A stretch of 64,000 nt of DNA from an uncultured Gammaproteobacteria bacterium (GTDB lineage: Bacteria > Pseudomonadota > Gammaproteobacteria > JAIEPX01), in contig CAVRXV010000011.1 in the NCBI GenBank assembly GCA_963725255.1, forward strand, positions 99,846-163,845, read 5' to 3'. The position numbers and the translations under genes were made by a program. The notes under the pieces are model-generated. The model searched no databases and had not been told where the DNA came from. It saw only the letters and a list, made by a program, of their open reading frames with translations. Positions 28,422-42,423 of this stretch are shown here, piece after piece (the first letter of the stretch is position 1; each line of letters opens with the position of its first letter).

Positions 28422-29858
28422 TCAAAACGCTGATTTGCACAACTCAAACAACCACCCAGGAAACAAACCTAAAACCAAAACGGCCAACCCATTGATACTC
28501 AATGCAATCTGCATATCATTTGAAATCATGTATGATTTTTCAGAATCAGGCTCTTCAAAGTACATCACTTTCACAACTCTAATATAATAATAAGCGCCGA
28601 CGATTGCAAATAATAATGCCAAAACGGCTAACCACACTAAATCGACTTGAATTAATGCTTTTAACACGCCTACTTTGGCCCAGAATCCTACTAGAGGAGG
28701 AACACCTGCCATCGAAAACATCATGATTAACATGATAAAGGCTAACCAAGGATTACGACTGTTTAATCCTTTAAAATCAGCGATATTTTCCACTTCATAT
28801 CCCGCTCTACTCATTAACACCAATAATCCGAATGAACCTAATGTCATTAATGAATAGGTGATTATATAAAAAGTAGAAGCAGCATAACCCTGATTATTGG
28901 CTGCGATCACACCCAATATCATGTATCCCATATGGGCGATGGACGAATACGCCAGCATTCGTTTGATATTCGCTTGAACAATTGCCGCGAAATTACCCAA
29001 CGCCATAGAAAGCACTGCGATGGCAATTAAATCTTGTTGCCACTGAATATGCAGAGAGGGCATTGCATCCACTAATAATCGTATCACCATACCTAATGCA
29101 GCAATTTTTGGTGCACTTGCTATAAAAAGTGTGACTGCATTTGGCGCGCCTTCATACACATCAGGTAGCCACATATGAAAAGGCACTGCGCCCAACTTAA
29201 ATGCGATTCCTACCATCACAAAGGCCAATCCAAATATTAAAATGAGTTGTTGTTCTGGCGGTGTGTTAGCAATAGCAGATGCAACTAGAGAAAATTCTAA
29301 ATTATTCGTGGCACCATAAATCATGGAAATACCATACAAAAGCATACCGCTCGCCATAGCGCCAATAATAAAATACTTCATCGATGCTTCTGCAGCTATG
29401 CCCGATTCACGCTTCATTGCCACCATCGCATAAACAGGAAGCGACATTAATTCAACGCCTAAATATAAGGTTAAAAAATGGTGTGATGATACTAAAACCA
29501 TCATCCCTAACATCGCAAATAAACCTAAAATATAATATTCACCCCGCGGCATATCATTATCAGCGAGATATACGCGTGAATATAAAAAGCAAAGAAATAC
29601 TGCGAGCTCTATAAATAACTTCAGAATTACTGCAAATTTATCGAGAATAAACGTGTTATCAAATGTTAGCATCGTGGGTTCATTGATAAATCCCAACGTA
29701 AAAACAGCGGCCATTAAAATCGTTAATTGCACTGCAGCATAGGTAATGATAGGACGTTTCTGCCCCCAAAATGCTTGAACGAGTAATACCAAAGTACCTA
29801 ATGAAAAAACAATCATCTCTGGAAATGCAGGAACTAAATTTGGAATGTCATAGGACAT
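28422..29858 (-). CDS. nuoN: NADH-quinone oxidoreductase subunit N
   Basis: EASMKYF, FKLGAVPFHMWLPDVYEGAP, KRMLAYSSIAHMGY. Confidence 0.97.
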   Translation of the reverse strand: MSYDIPNLVPAFPEMIVFSLGTLVLLVQAFWGQKRPIITYAAVQLTILMAAVFTLGFINEPTMLTFDNTFILDKFAVILKLFIELAVFLCFLYSRVYLADNDMPRGEYYILGLFAMLGMMVLVSSHHFLTLYLGVELMSLPVYAMVAMKRESGIAAEASMKYFIIGAMASGMLLYGISMIYGATNNLEFSLVASAIANTPPEQQLILIFGLAFVMVGIAFKLGAVPFHMWLPDVYEGAPNAVTLFIASAPKIAALGMVIRLLVDAMPSLHIQWQQDLIAIAVLSMALGNFAAIVQANIKRMLAYSSIAHMGYMILGVIAANNQGYAASTFYIITYSLMTLGSFGLLVLMSRAGYEVENIADFKGLNSRNPWLAFIMLIMMFSMAGVPPLVGFWAKVGVLKALIQVDLVWLAVLALLFAIVGAYYYIRVVKVMYFEEPDSEKSYMISNDMQIALSINGLAVLVLGLFPGWLFELCKSAF

Positions 29859-29872
29859 ACTTCACACCTTAT

Positions 29873-31390
29873 TTATAACTTACTCTGTAAACTTAATTGC
29901 ACTAAATGACCGATAGACGAATGCATCACGCGCAATAATGATTCAGGATAAAAACCAATGACGAAAATTGCGATCACCAACATCATTAATACACTCCACT
30001 CTAACCATGATACATCTTTTAATGTTGCAACTTCATTACTAATCACTTCACCATAAAAAACACGTTTATACATCCACAATGTATAGCTTGCGCCAATAAT
30101 TAACGTCAATCCTGCCGCAAAAGCAATCCAGAAATTCGCTTTGAAAGCGTTTAAAATCACCATAAATTCACCGACGAAACCACTCGTGCCGGGTAAACCT
30201 ACATTCGACATTGCAAACACCATAAAAAGTGCAGCAAAAACAGGCATGGTATTAGCAATACCACCGAACTTAACAATTTCACGAGTATGCAACCGTTCAT
30301 ATAACATACCAAATCCAAGGAAGAGTGCACCAGAACCAAATCCGTGCGAAATCATCTGCACCATGGCACCTTCAAGTCCCATATAAGCGTCTTGATGGTT
30401 ACCTGTAGCTTTCACAATCATATAAATCATAAAGCAGCCCAGTGTCACAAACCCCATATGAGCAACCGAAGAGTAGGCAATTAGTCGTTTCATATCCGTT
30501 TGTGCTAATGCAATCAGACCAATATAAACAATCGCGATTAACGAAAGTCCAATCATCAACCAGTCCAACGCATGCGATGCATCTGGAGTAATTGGCATGC
30601 TGAATCGGAAAAATCCGTAACCACCCACTTTCAACATTAAGGCTGCCAAAATAACAGATCCACCCGCAGGTGCTTCAGTATGTGCATCAGGCAACCATGT
30701 ATGCACTGGCCACATGGGCACCTTTACAGCAAACGCCAATAAAAATGCCAGGAAAATGAGCACTTGCTGAATCATCGTTAACGGTATGCCGTAAAAACTG
30801 GGTATTGAAAAACTATCTGCACGCATACCCAAATACAACATGACAATTAACATCAATGCAGAACCTAAAAAGGTATACAAGAAAAATTTTATTGCCGCGT
30901 ACGAACGATTTTGACTACCCCAAATTCCTATCGCTAAATACATGGGTATCAACATTGCTTCCCAAAACACATAAAACAACAGCGCATCAATCGCAACAAA
31001 CACACCAACAGTCATTGCTTGCAACATTAAAAACGTAGCCAAATACTGAGTCGCTTTATGTTGAATCGCTTTCCAAGCTGCTAATATGACAATCAAAGAA
31101 GTAAAAACGGTTAAAATTACTAGCGGCATCGCGATACCATCCACACCGATATCATATTGAATTCCAAACATCGGAATCCACGATAAGGTTTCGCGAAATT
31201 GATACGCATAAGTTGATGTATCGAAATTTGTATACAAAGGAATACACAATAATAAGCACACAAAAACAGTCGCAATCGCTAAAATACGTCCTAGTTTTTC
31301 AAAACCGATTTTTCCTAAAAATAAAACTACCGCTGCCGATAATGTCGGAAGCCAGATTTGCAAACTCAGTAAAGGTAAATTCGTTAACAT
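29873..31390 (-). CDS. nuoM: NADH-quinone oxidoreductase subunit M
   Basis: FYVFWEAMLIP, AVKVPMWPVHTWLPDAHTEAP. Confidence 0.97.
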   Translation of the reverse strand: MLTNLPLLSLQIWLPTLSAAVVLFLGKIGFEKLGRILAIATVFVCLLLCIPLYTNFDTSTYAYQFRETLSWIPMFGIQYDIGVDGIAMPLVILTVFTSLIVILAAWKAIQHKATQYLATFLMLQAMTVGVFVAIDALLFYVFWEAMLIPMYLAIGIWGSQNRSYAAIKFFLYTFLGSALMLIVMLYLGMRADSFSIPSFYGIPLTMIQQVLIFLAFLLAFAVKVPMWPVHTWLPDAHTEAPAGGSVILAALMLKVGGYGFFRFSMPITPDASHALDWLMIGLSLIAIVYIGLIALAQTDMKRLIAYSSVAHMGFVTLGCFMIYMIVKATGNHQDAYMGLEGAMVQMISHGFGSGALFLGFGMLYERLHTREIVKFGGIANTMPVFAALFMVFAMSNVGLPGTSGFVGEFMVILNAFKANFWIAFAAGLTLIIGASYTLWMYKRVFYGEVISNEVATLKDVSWLEWSVLMMLVIAIFVIGFYPESLLRVMHSSIGHLVQLSLQSKL

Positions 31391-31401
31391 TCTTTAATCA
31401 C

Positions 31402-33371
31402 CTAACTCAACACAATCCAAAGTAACAAAGCCACAATGCCCAAAATCATGGAAAACGCGTAATGATATAAATAACCGGACTGCACTCGCCGAATCAGCGA
31501 AGCAACGCGTTGAACTCCACGACCTGATCCATTGACCAACCAACTATCAATAACTTTTGCGTCAGCAAAGTAGTAGAAGAAATTACTTAATTTTTGAGTA
31601 CCACGCACAAATACCAACTGATTAAACGCATCAAAACCATAGCGTTTTAAAAGTACATAACGCACTGTAGCAAAACGTTCTGCAAATAATTTGGGTAACT
31701 CAGGTTTTTTAATATAACAAATCCACGCTGTCGCAAGCCCAGCCATCGTAAACCAAAACGTTAACCCCAAAAATCCGTGCAGCACCATCGGTAACACACC
31801 GTGATAATCTTTCGCCAATTCTGCCAACACATCGAGCTGAGCAGGAACTAACATGGTTTGACCCATAAGCTTAGGCTCGGTAAATAACATGGGGCCTACA
31901 ATCATCATACCAAGCAGTACAGATGCAATTGCAAGAATAATTAAAGGCACGGTAATGACAGCTTTCGTTTCATGTAAATGTGAACGCGTTTCTTCATCCA
32001 TGCGTTCAGAAGTATGAAACGCTAAAAAGAACGCGCGAAATGAATACACAGCTGTAACAAAAGCGCCGGTTAATAAACACAAATATGCAAATAATGCGCC
32101 CGACACATGTGATTCATGAACAGCTTCAATAATCGTATCTTTCGAGAAAAATCCTGAGAAAGGAGGTATTGCTGTAATCGCGAGAGTACCAATTAAAAAA
32201 GTAATATACGTGATAGGCATATATTTTCGTAGATTTCCCATCTTGTGCAGATTTTGTTCATGATGCATCGCAATAATGACTGAACCCGCCCCCAAGAATA
32301 ATAACGCTTTAAAACAAGCATGAGTCACTAAATGAAAAATGCCAGCATCATAAGCACCTGCACCATTCGCAGCCATCATATAACCTAATTGTGACATCGT
32401 TGAAAAAGCAATGACGCGTTTAATATCATTTTCAACAACGGCTAATAATCCTAGTGATAAAGCACCTGTAGCACCGATTATCATCACAACAGACATTGCA
32501 GTTGGGCTGAGATTATAGAGCGGAGACATTCGAGCTACCATATAGACACCCGCTGTCACCATGGTAGCCGCATGGATCAATGCAGAAATAGGTGTAGGAC
32601 CTTCCATCGATTCTGGTAACCAAATATGTAATGGTAATTGGGCGGATTTACCCATAGCACCAACAAACAACAGCAAACAAATAACTGTCAATACAGACCA
32701 TTCATAACCAGAAACAATTGATATTGTTGAATTCACGAAATTAGGTGCTGCTGCAAAAACAGTTGCATAATCTAAAGTGCCAAAATAACTTAAAATAACG
32801 GCAATCCCTAATAAAAATCCAAAATCCCCCACTCGATTCACAATGAAGGCTTTAAAACCTCCCAAAGCGGCCGAATCTTTTTTGAACCAAAAACCAATTA
32901 AAAGATAAGACACTAATCCAACTCCTTCCCAACCAAAAAACAATAATAGAAAATTATTGGCCATTACGAGTGAAAGCATGCCAAAAGTAAATAACGACAT
33001 ATAACTAAAAAATCGTTGTAGCCCGGATCACCTTCCATATAGCCAATACTATAGATATGAACTAACAGCGAAACAAAGGTCACAATGTTCATCATTAGAA
33101 CGCTTAATTGATCAATTAAAAATCCAACTGATAGGGTGTAATTTCCACTGGTGCCCCAGATATAAATTGTTTCATTTAACGGTTGAACATGATCTATCAA
33201 TATCGATTTCGCTAAAAATAATGAGCAGAAAAATGAAACTGCAATACCCACAATAGTCACCAGTTGTGAATTGATCACACCGATTTTTTTACCAAATAAA
33301 CCTGCAATTAAACATCCGACTAGCGGTGCCAAGATAGCTATCGATGCAAGATTGTGTAGTGTCGTTATCAC
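31402..33371 (-). CDS. nuoL: NADH-quinone oxidoreductase subunit L, one frameshift near 33010
   Basis: Two ORFs join at GYN(R)FFSYMS; GKSAQLPLHIWLP and EGPTPISALIHAATMV motifs. Confidence 0.95.
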
Positions 33372-33374
33372 AAA

Positions 33375-33680
33375 TTAACCCTTCAATGTATCTAATTCTT
33401 CGACATTAATAGTGCCGCGCTTACGATATAATACTACTAAAATTGCCAAACCAATGGCTGATTCAGCGGCAGCCACCGTCAAAATAAAAAAGACAAAGAT
33501 TTGCCCCATCGTCCCACCCAAATACTGAGAAAAGGCGACAAAATTGGTATTAACTGCGAGCAACATGAGCTCAACACACATCAACAATACAATTAGATTT
33601 TTACGATTCAATATGATCCCTGCAAGACTCAGAGAAAACACAATTGCTCCAACAATCAAATAATGTGATAGGGTAATCAT
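33375..33680 (-). CDS. nuoK: NADH-quinone oxidoreductase subunit K
   Basis: [24 protein letters not shown]. Confidence 0.97.
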   Translation of the reverse strand: MITLSHYLIVGAIVFSLSLAGIILNRKNLIVLLMCVELMLLAVNTNFVAFSQYLGGTMGQIFVFFILTVAAAESAIGLAILVVLYRKRGTINVEELDTLKG

Positions 33681-34287
33681 CTATTTACTCTCTTTTGGAT
33701 CAACCAAATACATTCGATCTGCTTTAGTAGCAGATAATTGCTTCTTAATAAGCTGAGATCTCGAGTGCTGCCGACCTCGAAAGGTTAAAGTAATTGCAGC
33801 AATTATTGCCGTTAATAATAATATAGAGGCAAGCTCAAACGGATAAAAATATTGTGTATACAGTATCTCACCAATTTCTTTCACATTACTATAACCTTCT
33901 GGATGACGCGACCACTGCTCCAATCGAACCCAATTTAAAATGTTCCGGTGTTATTACAATAATCATCACTGACACAAATAAAACCATGACTAAAATACCG
34001 AAAGGTAAATAGCGTACAAATCCTTCGCGTGAGGGCACTAAATCCAAATTAAGCATCATGACAACAAATAAAAATAATGTCATGACTGCGCCAACATAAA
34101 CAAAAATCAGCGCAAGGGCTAAAAATTCTGCTTCCATTAACATCCACAATACGCTGCTCGCAAAAAATGCCAACACTAAAAATAACGCTCCGCTTACAGG
34201 ATTACGTGAAATAATAACCATCGCTGATGACAACACCAGCAATGATGCAAACGAATAAAAAACAAGTACTGGCAAATTAATCATCAC
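33681..34287 (-). CDS. nuoJ: NADH-quinone oxidoreductase subunit J, frameshift near 33900
   Basis: IFVYVGAVMTLFLFVVMML in the first ORF; YPFELASILLLTAIIAAI in the second. Confidence 0.92.
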
Positions 34288-34296
34288 TGTTCTCCT

Positions 34297-34784
34297 CTAC
34301 CGATATTTCTCATCTTCATCTCTATCTGCAGCAATGCGTTCTTCATACAAATCACCAATCGCCAATAATTTTTCTTTAGTCAAAATATTTTCACCGCGAT
34401 TTTCCAAGTGATAATGCATTTCCGACGTCAATACAATGGAATCAACCGGACAAGCTTCTTCACAAAATCCACAATAAATACATTTAAACACATCAATTTC
34501 ATATTTGGTCGTGCGTCGTGAACCATCTTCACGTGGCGTCTGCTTCAATGGTAATCGCCAATGCAGGACAAACAGCTTCACACAATTTACAGCAATACAA
34601 CGTTCTTCACCATTGGGATAACGACGTAACGCAAACATCCCACGAAAACGTGGTGAAATAGGCGTTTCTTCTTCTGGATATTGAATCGTTATTTTTTTCC
34701 TAAAAAAATAGCGCCCAGTGACAAATAACCCTTGGAATAATTCCCAGAAGTAAAACTTTTAAGCTTAATCGTATTTAATTTCAT
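34297..34784 (-). CDS. nuoI: NADH-quinone oxidoreductase subunit I, frameshifted
   Basis: [27 protein letters not shown]-terminal part in other frames. Confidence 0.92.
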
Positions 34785-34803
34785 ATCATTGTTAACTGCA
34801 ACC

Positions 34804-35839
34804 TCATAATCTAAAACCAAGGTGGCTAAATGAAACTTGAATCCGCAAAAGCCACCACAAAAATCCACACCAACGTGACCGGAATAAAAACTTTCCAACC
34901 CAAACGCATGATTTGATCATAACGATAACGCGGAAAAGTTGCTCGCATCCAAATAAATAAAAATAAAAAACAACTGAAACTTTAACAATAACCAAATAAT
35001 ACCTGGCACCCAAGCAAAAGTGGATTCTAATAATGGAATACCTTGAAAAGGTGACAACCATCCACCCAAAAACATCAATACTGCAATAGCTAGAAACTAA
35101 AATCATATTGGCATATTCAGCCAAAAAAAACATCGCAAAAGTCATACCAGAATATTCACATGAAATCCAGCGACAATTTCTGATTCACCTTCTGCCACAT
35201 CAAACGGTGCGCGATTTGTTTCAGCAACACCTGAAATCCAATACACAACAAATAATGGCAATAATGGCAACCAATACCAATGCCAAAATACCACCACTTT
35301 GTCGCATCACAATCTCTTGCAAATTCATCTGGCCAGCAGCCATAAAACACCCACAAAAGCAAAACCCATCGCAATTTCATAAGAAATCGTTTGCGCTGCA
35401 GAACGCAACGCACCTAAAAATAGCATATTTAGAATTAGATCGCCCAACCTGCAATAATAATTCCATAAACCCTAATCGAGGTCATGGCAAAAATAAACAA
35501 CACACCGGCATTAATATTAGCCAACACCAAACCATCATCAAAAGGAATTACTGCCCAAGCGGCAAATGCTGGTGCAATGGCTAAAATAGGCGCAAAAACA
35601 AATAAATAACGATTGGATGCTGTTGGAATAATAATTTCTTTAAAAAATAATTTTATAACATCAGCAATCGGCTGCCCTAATCCGCGAATACCTACTCGAT
35701 TAGGGCCAATGCGAGATTGCATATAAGCGATGACTTTTCTTTCTGCCATCGTCAAATAAGCGACAACTCCAAGCAATGGCAACACAATAACTAATATTTT
35801 CGCAATGATCCACGCTAAGCTAATTAATTGTTCAAGCAT
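34804..35839 (-). CDS. nuoH: NADH-quinone oxidoreductase subunit H, several frameshifts
   Basis: [29 protein letters not shown]; later fragments FFLAEY and RYDQIM across frames. Confidence 0.92.
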
Positions 35840-38178
35840 GGTGATTACCTCGCTCTACAATAATTTCGGCAAATCCGTCACCAAGCCCTGAAGTCGAAGT
35901 AACACCTTTAGGAATCAATACACAATTGTTAGGTACCCGCGCATCAACTTGGACTGGCACTGTGACTTCAAAACCACTTTGCTTAATTGTAATTTTTTGC
36001 TCTGCATTAATACCTAATTCATCTGCCATGCTTGGATTAATTGTAATCACTTGTTGAATCGAAGGTAATGTAGCCTGAAGAGCCTTCGCTCGCCGAGCTA
36101 ATCCATCGATACACACAGCAGGCCATTCATAAATAATTTCCAATCCTTTTTTTGCACTAGCAGTCGCATTTTTATCTAACGATATACGTTCTGTAGGAGC
36201 ACTGCCATGCTCTAATAATTTTTCTAATTCGCTTCGAATTTCAGATGCGCAAATATATTCATAACCATTCAATTCGAATAAATTCCCCAATACACGTAAT
36301 ACTTTCCAGCCTGGTCGTACCTCACCAAATGGAGGGCTCACTGCATTAAAAGATTGCCATTTACCTTCCACGTTTACAAATGTTCCATCGGTTTCAGTAA
36401 AAGGTGCAATAGGCAATAAAACATCTGCAACTTCTGCGTGAACTGAACTCATATAAGGAGACACACTCACGACAAAATCCGCAGCTTTTAAAGCAGCGAT
36501 TGCAGAAGCAGAAAAAATTAAATCATGCTCTGGCTCAACATTAAACAATATATAGGCAGCTCGTGGTTGTGAAAACATGGTTTGTGCATTCAGACCTTCA
36601 GCGGATGAATTTTCACCGGCCGCTTTTCGATGAGGCACCGCACCAGCAATCCAAGCGCCTGCACTATTTGCACCCACTGTCATCGTCACAATATCGGCAT
36701 TCGATAGTTTTGCAATTTCTAAACACAATGCACGAACTAAGGTTGCTTGCGGATGCGATTGAGCTTCAGCACCCAAAATAATAATCGATTTTTCTGCATT
36801 TTTAAGCTGTTGAGCAATAGAATTTTTATTCGCACTTGAGGTTAATGAATCCAGTATCGTTTTTAGCGTCTCTATCAATGAAGACGGTGTCGTATGAATA
36901 TTTTCTGTTAATTTAAAATTCATTTCACTATCAATGCTTCCGATTCGCATAATCGTAGCGCCATTCAAAGACGCTTTACGCACTCGAAGTCCTGCTAAAG
37001 GTTGTTCACGACGAATATCAGAACCCACTAATAAAACTGCATCCATGGACTCTAACGAAGCAAGCTCCGTAGTCATTCCAGGATATAAACCATTATTTTC
37101 CTGTTGCGAAAAATCTGTTTGTTGTAAACGATGATCAATATTATTAGATCCCAAGTCTCTCATAATTTTTTGCAATAAATATAATTCTTCTGTCGTTGAG
37201 GAAGGGGAAGCAATAGCAGCTAATTGTTCAGATTTTTTTGCATTGATCACGTCACGCAAATTATTGACTGCGAAATTCAGTGCTGTTGGCCAATCAACTT
37301 GCAACCACTTACCTTCTTTTTTAATCATGGGGCCTGTTAATCGATGATCTTTATGAAGCCCTTCATAACTAAACCGATCACGATCAGACAACCATGTTTC
37401 ATTAATACTTTCATTTTCACGAGGCACTACTCGCATCACTTCACGATAATCACTGTATTCATAACCACGTGTATGAACATAAATATTTGAACCTAAACAA
37501 TCATGAGGTGCAATACTAGGCTGCTGAGTTACATTTCCCAAGCCCGTGCAGTAAAACGATATGGTTTAGATGTCAATGCGCCTACTGGACACAAATCAAT
37601 AATATTTCCAGAAACTTCAGATTGCATGAAATGTTTAACATACGTTCCGATTTCCGAGATTTTTCTCCACGACCCGTCATTCCCAATTCACGAAATCCTG
37701 CAATTTCATTACCAAAACGTACACAACGCGTGCAATGAATACAACGTGTCATTTCTGTTGCAGATTAAAGGACCAATATCTTCATCAGCACCGAACGTTT
37801 TCCTTCTGTATACCGTCGAACATCATCACCATAACCCAGAGATAAATCTTGCAACTCACATTCACCCCCTTGATCACAAATAGGACAATCTAAAGGATGA
37901 TTAATCAGTAAAAATTCCATCACTGATTTCTGAGCGTCTAATGCTTTTTTTGATTGAGTAAATACTTTCATTCCTGACACTGCAGGAGTTGCACAAGCTG
38001 GAAGGGTTTACCGCATTTTCTCAACTTCAACAAGACACATACGACAATTAGCAGCAACCGATAATTTTTTGTGATAACAAAACCGTGGAATATAAACACC
38101 TGCCGCATCAGCCGCATCAATGATCATCTGACCAGCATTGGCTTCAACTTTTTTACCATTTATTTCAATTGTAAACAT
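35832..38178 (-). CDS. nuoG: NADH-quinone oxidoreductase subunit G, several frameshifts
   Basis: Start MFTIEING at 38178; [48 protein letters not shown]. Confidence 0.92.
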
Positions 38179-38188
38179 AATCTACCTT

Positions 38189-39459
38189 TTACTTAAACGG
38201 ACATTTCTTTTGCGTAATGTGCTCTTCAAATTCATCATAAAAATGTTTCAAAAACTTCCTACTGGCCATGCCGCTGCTTCACCCAACGCACAAATCGTTC
38301 GACCTTCAATATTTTTCGCGACATTCGTTAATTTTTCTAAATCACCAGGGCATCCATGACCATGTTCGATTCGCTCAATCATACGCATTAACCAACCCGT
38401 GCCTTCACGGCAAGGCGTACATTGACCACAAGATTCTCGCATAAAATTCTGAAATGCGTAATAATGCATTCACCATGCAAGTCGTTTCATCCATGACGAT
38501 CACACCAGCCAGAACCCAACATGGAACCTGCCTTCATTAAAGAGTCATAATCCATATCGGTATTCATAATTAATCTGCTGGCAACACAGGCATCGAAGTT
38601 CCACCAGGAATGACTGCTTTTAATTTATTGCCATTACGTACGCCACCTGCCAATTTCTAATAATTTCACAAATGGAATTCCTAAAGGCACTTCATAATTA
38701 CCAGGTTTATTCAACATGACCAGAAACACTAAATATCTTAGTCCCACCATTATTAGGCTTACCTAAATCTAAAAACCACTCCGCGCCTTTTTCCAAAATG
38801 ACAGGAACAGAGGCAAGTTTCGGTATTATTAATAGTCGTTGGTCTTCCATAAATCCATAATTAGCAGGAAAAGGCGGTTTAAAACGCGGAAAGCCTTTTT
38901 TACCTTCAAGTGATTCCATCAACGCAGTTTCTTCACCACAAATATAAGCGCCGGCACCTAAATGATTATGAATTTCAAAATCAAAACCAGAACCTAAAAT
39001 ATTCTTACCCAATAAAACCTGCTTCACGTGCTTCTTTCAATGCTAGCTTCACAGCGATGAAATGGTTCTCCACAAAATTCACCACGAATATAGTTATAAC
39101 CAACATGTTGCACCCATGACATAACCACCAATAGCCATACCTTCGATCAATTGATGTGGATTAAAACGTAAAATATCGCGATCTTTACAAGTGCCTGGCT
39201 CACCTTCATCCGAATTACACAGCACATATTTTTGTACCAGGTCAGCAATCGTGGCATAAAGCTCCATTTCAATCCCGTTGGAAATCCAGCACCACCACGA
39301 CCACGTAAGACAAGATTTTTTAACTCGTTCAATAATTTTTCTGGAGGTGTTTTTTCTTGTAAAATTTTCTCCAAACTGCATAACCACCCAATCTTTCATA
39401 GGTTCTAAAGTCCAAGGATTATCGAATGTCAATGTACGAAAACAAACTTCATTTGCCAT
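38189..39459 (-). CDS. nuoF: NADH-quinone oxidoreductase subunit F, several frameshifts
   Basis: [51 protein letters not shown] in different frames. Confidence 0.92.
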
Positions 39460-39966
39460 TATTTGCCCTCCTCTTTCTCGAATTCATCTAAAATGGCATC
39501 CACTTTTTCTGGTGTTAAATTTTCATGATATTCACGATCATCAATTTGCATCACCGGTGCACCACCACAAGCCGCTAAACATTCCACTTCTTTTAAGCGT
39601 AAAATACCATCTGTGTGGTTTCACCAACTTTAATACCCAACCGTTTTTTCTAAATGAGAAACTATTTTATCACACCACACAACATACAAGAAATATTGGT
39701 GCACACATCAATTTTATGTTTACCAACTGGTTTTAAATCATACATAGTATAAAATGTAGCAACTTCATAAACTGCAATATGTGGCAAATCTAAATAATCA
39801 GCAACAGCATTCATTAATGTCTTCACGTTAACCAGCCACCATTTTCATCTTGAACAAACATTAATGCCTGTAAAACAGCCGATTGTTTTTGATCAGCAGG
39901 ATATTTTTTAACCAATGATCAATTTCTGCTTGAGTTTCTTGGCAGACAATTTTAACTGTCACTCAT
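39459..39966 (-). CDS. nuoE: NADH-quinone oxidoreductase subunit E, frameshifted
   Basis: Manual translation gives fragments [10 protein letters not shown] and [15 protein letters not shown]; stop overlaps the nuoF ATG. Confidence 0.85.
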
Positions 39967-39967
39967 T

Positions 39968-41228
39968 CTATCGATCGATTTCCCCAAACACAATATCTAG
40001 ACTTGAAATACTGCCACCACATCTGCAATCATATGCCCACGACACATCTCATCCAATGCTGCTAAATGCGGAAAACCTGCTGCACGAATTTTAACACGAT
40101 AAGGTTTATTCGCACCATCAGAAATTAAATAAACCCCAAATTCACCTTTAGGATGCTCAACAGCAGCATAGACTTCACCTTGCGGGAACACATATAACCT
40201 TCCGTAAATAATTTAAAATGATGAATCAATGCTTCCATATCTTCTTTCATTTCTTCACGTGAAGGAGGCTAATTTTATGATCATCGATGCATGACTGGAC
40301 CTGGATTATTTCGTCAACCAATCTACACATTGACGAATAATATGATTAGATTGGCGCATTTCTTCAACTCGCACTAAATACCGATCATAACAATCACCAT
40401 TTTTTCCAACAGGAATATCAAAATCTAATTTCGATCATAAACTTCATAGGGTTGTTTTTTGCGTAAATCCCATTCAACACCAGAACCACGTAACATTGGA
40501 CCAGTAAAACCAATTGCAATGCACGTTCGGCGAAACCACACCAATATCGACCGTACGTTGTTTCCAAATGCGATTATCTGTTAATAACGTTTCATATTCA
40601 TCAACAAATTTAGGAAAACGTTCGGTAAAATCCCAAATAAAATCCAACAATGACCCTTGGCGATTTGCATTACGTTCTTTCATATCTTCTTCTGATGCGC
40701 CATTCGTGATGGCTTTATATTGCGGCATTTTATCCGGCAAATCACGATAAACACCGCCTGGCCGATAATAAGTGGCATGCATTCGCGCGCCCGAAACCGC
40801 TTCATAACAATCCAATAAATCTTCTCGTTCGCGAAAACAATATAAAAACACTGTCATCGCACCAATATCTAAGGCATGCGCACCTAACCACAACAAATGA
40901 TTTAAAATGCGAGTAATTTCATCAAACATCACGCGAATATATTGCGCACGTAAGGGCGGAGTAATTCCCAATAATTTTTCAATCGCTAAAACATAACCAT
41001 GTTCATTACACATCATGGATACATAATCTAATCGATCCATGTAACCAATGCTTTGATTATAGGGTTTGACTTTCAGCTAATTTTTCAGTAGCACGATGTA
41101 ATAAACCAATATGTGGATCAGCACGCTGTAATCACTTCACCATCTAATTCCAAAACTAAACGCAATACACCATGTGCAGCAGGATGTTGTGGACCAAAAT
41201 TCAAGGTGTAATTATGAATTTCAGCCAT
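39968..41228 (-). CDS. nuoD: NADH-quinone oxidoreductase subunit D, several frameshifts
   Basis: Start [37 protein letters not shown], end GEIDR. Confidence 0.92.
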
Positions 41229-41232
41229 TGTT

Positions 41233-41930
41233 TTACTTCTTTCTCATACATAACGATTATCGTCACGAATCACTTTAGGCACTAAAATGCGAGGTTGAAT
41301 ACTAACTGGCTCATAAATCACAACGTTGCTAGCGTAGCATCATAACGCATTTCAACATTGACCAATCAGTGGAAAATCTTTGCGAAATGGATGACCAACA
41401 AAACCATAATCGGTCAAAATTCGACGCAAATCAGGATGACCATCAAATAAAATGCCAAACAAATCAAAAGCTTCACGTTCAAACCAATTGGCAGAATCCC
41501 AAATATCCATCACTGAATCAACTAATGGGCGGTTCACCTTCAGGAAAAACTCGTAATCGAACACGATGATTATGTTTAATGGATAACAAATGATAAACCA
41601 CTGCAAACGTGGTTTATTCCATGTACATCAACATGTTGCTTGTCGACTGTTATCAACTCCACGACTAAAACCAGTGAAAGTTGCATGTTCAGTTTCCCAT
41701 TCGAAATGCCATAGTGCAAATAATCAACGCCACAAACATCCATTAACTATTCAAAATTAAATCGGTCTTCATCACGCAACGCTAAGCAAACTGACATGCA
41801 ATGTTCAGGTACAATTTCTACCGTGAATTCACCAATGTCAATGTTAATTTGCTAGGCAAAGATAGTTGCATTGCTTCATCAGGGCATTCTTGTAATTGTT
41901 TGCTGTAAGATGTCTCATATGTCATATGTC
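41233..41930 (-). CDS. nuoC: NADH-quinone oxidoreductase subunit C, frameshifted (ends approximate)
   Basis: [40 protein letters not shown]. Confidence 0.88.
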
Positions 41931-41947
41931 ATTAATCAGCATTATCT

Positions 41948-42423
41948 CTAACGTATCAATTGTGTATTGTTTACGTTGAATTTTATTTTGCAATTGAATA
42001 ATTCCATAAACAATGCTTCTGCAGTAGGTGGACATCCAGGCACATAAATATCAACTGGAACAATACGATCACAGCCACGCACTACTGAATAAGAATAATG
42101 ATAATAACCACCACCATTCGCACAGGACCCCATGGAAATAACCCAGCGCGGTTCTGCCATTTGATCATAAACTTTACGCAATGCCGGCGCCATTTTATTG
42201 CAGAATGTTCCCGCAACAATCATCACATCGGATTGTCGTGGGCTAGGGCGAAAAATAACACCAAAGCGATCTAAATCATAACGTGAAGCGGCGGCGTGCA
42301 TCATTTCAACAGCACAACAAGCCAAACCAAATGTCATAGGCCACAACGAACCACTGCTGCGCCCAATTCAATTAGATTATCCAGTGATGTTGTAGCATAA
42401 ACCCTTGTTGATTGTAATCTCAT
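41948..42423 (-). CDS. nuoB: NADH-quinone oxidoreductase subunit B, frameshifts at both ends
   Basis: [34 protein letters not shown]. Confidence 0.95.
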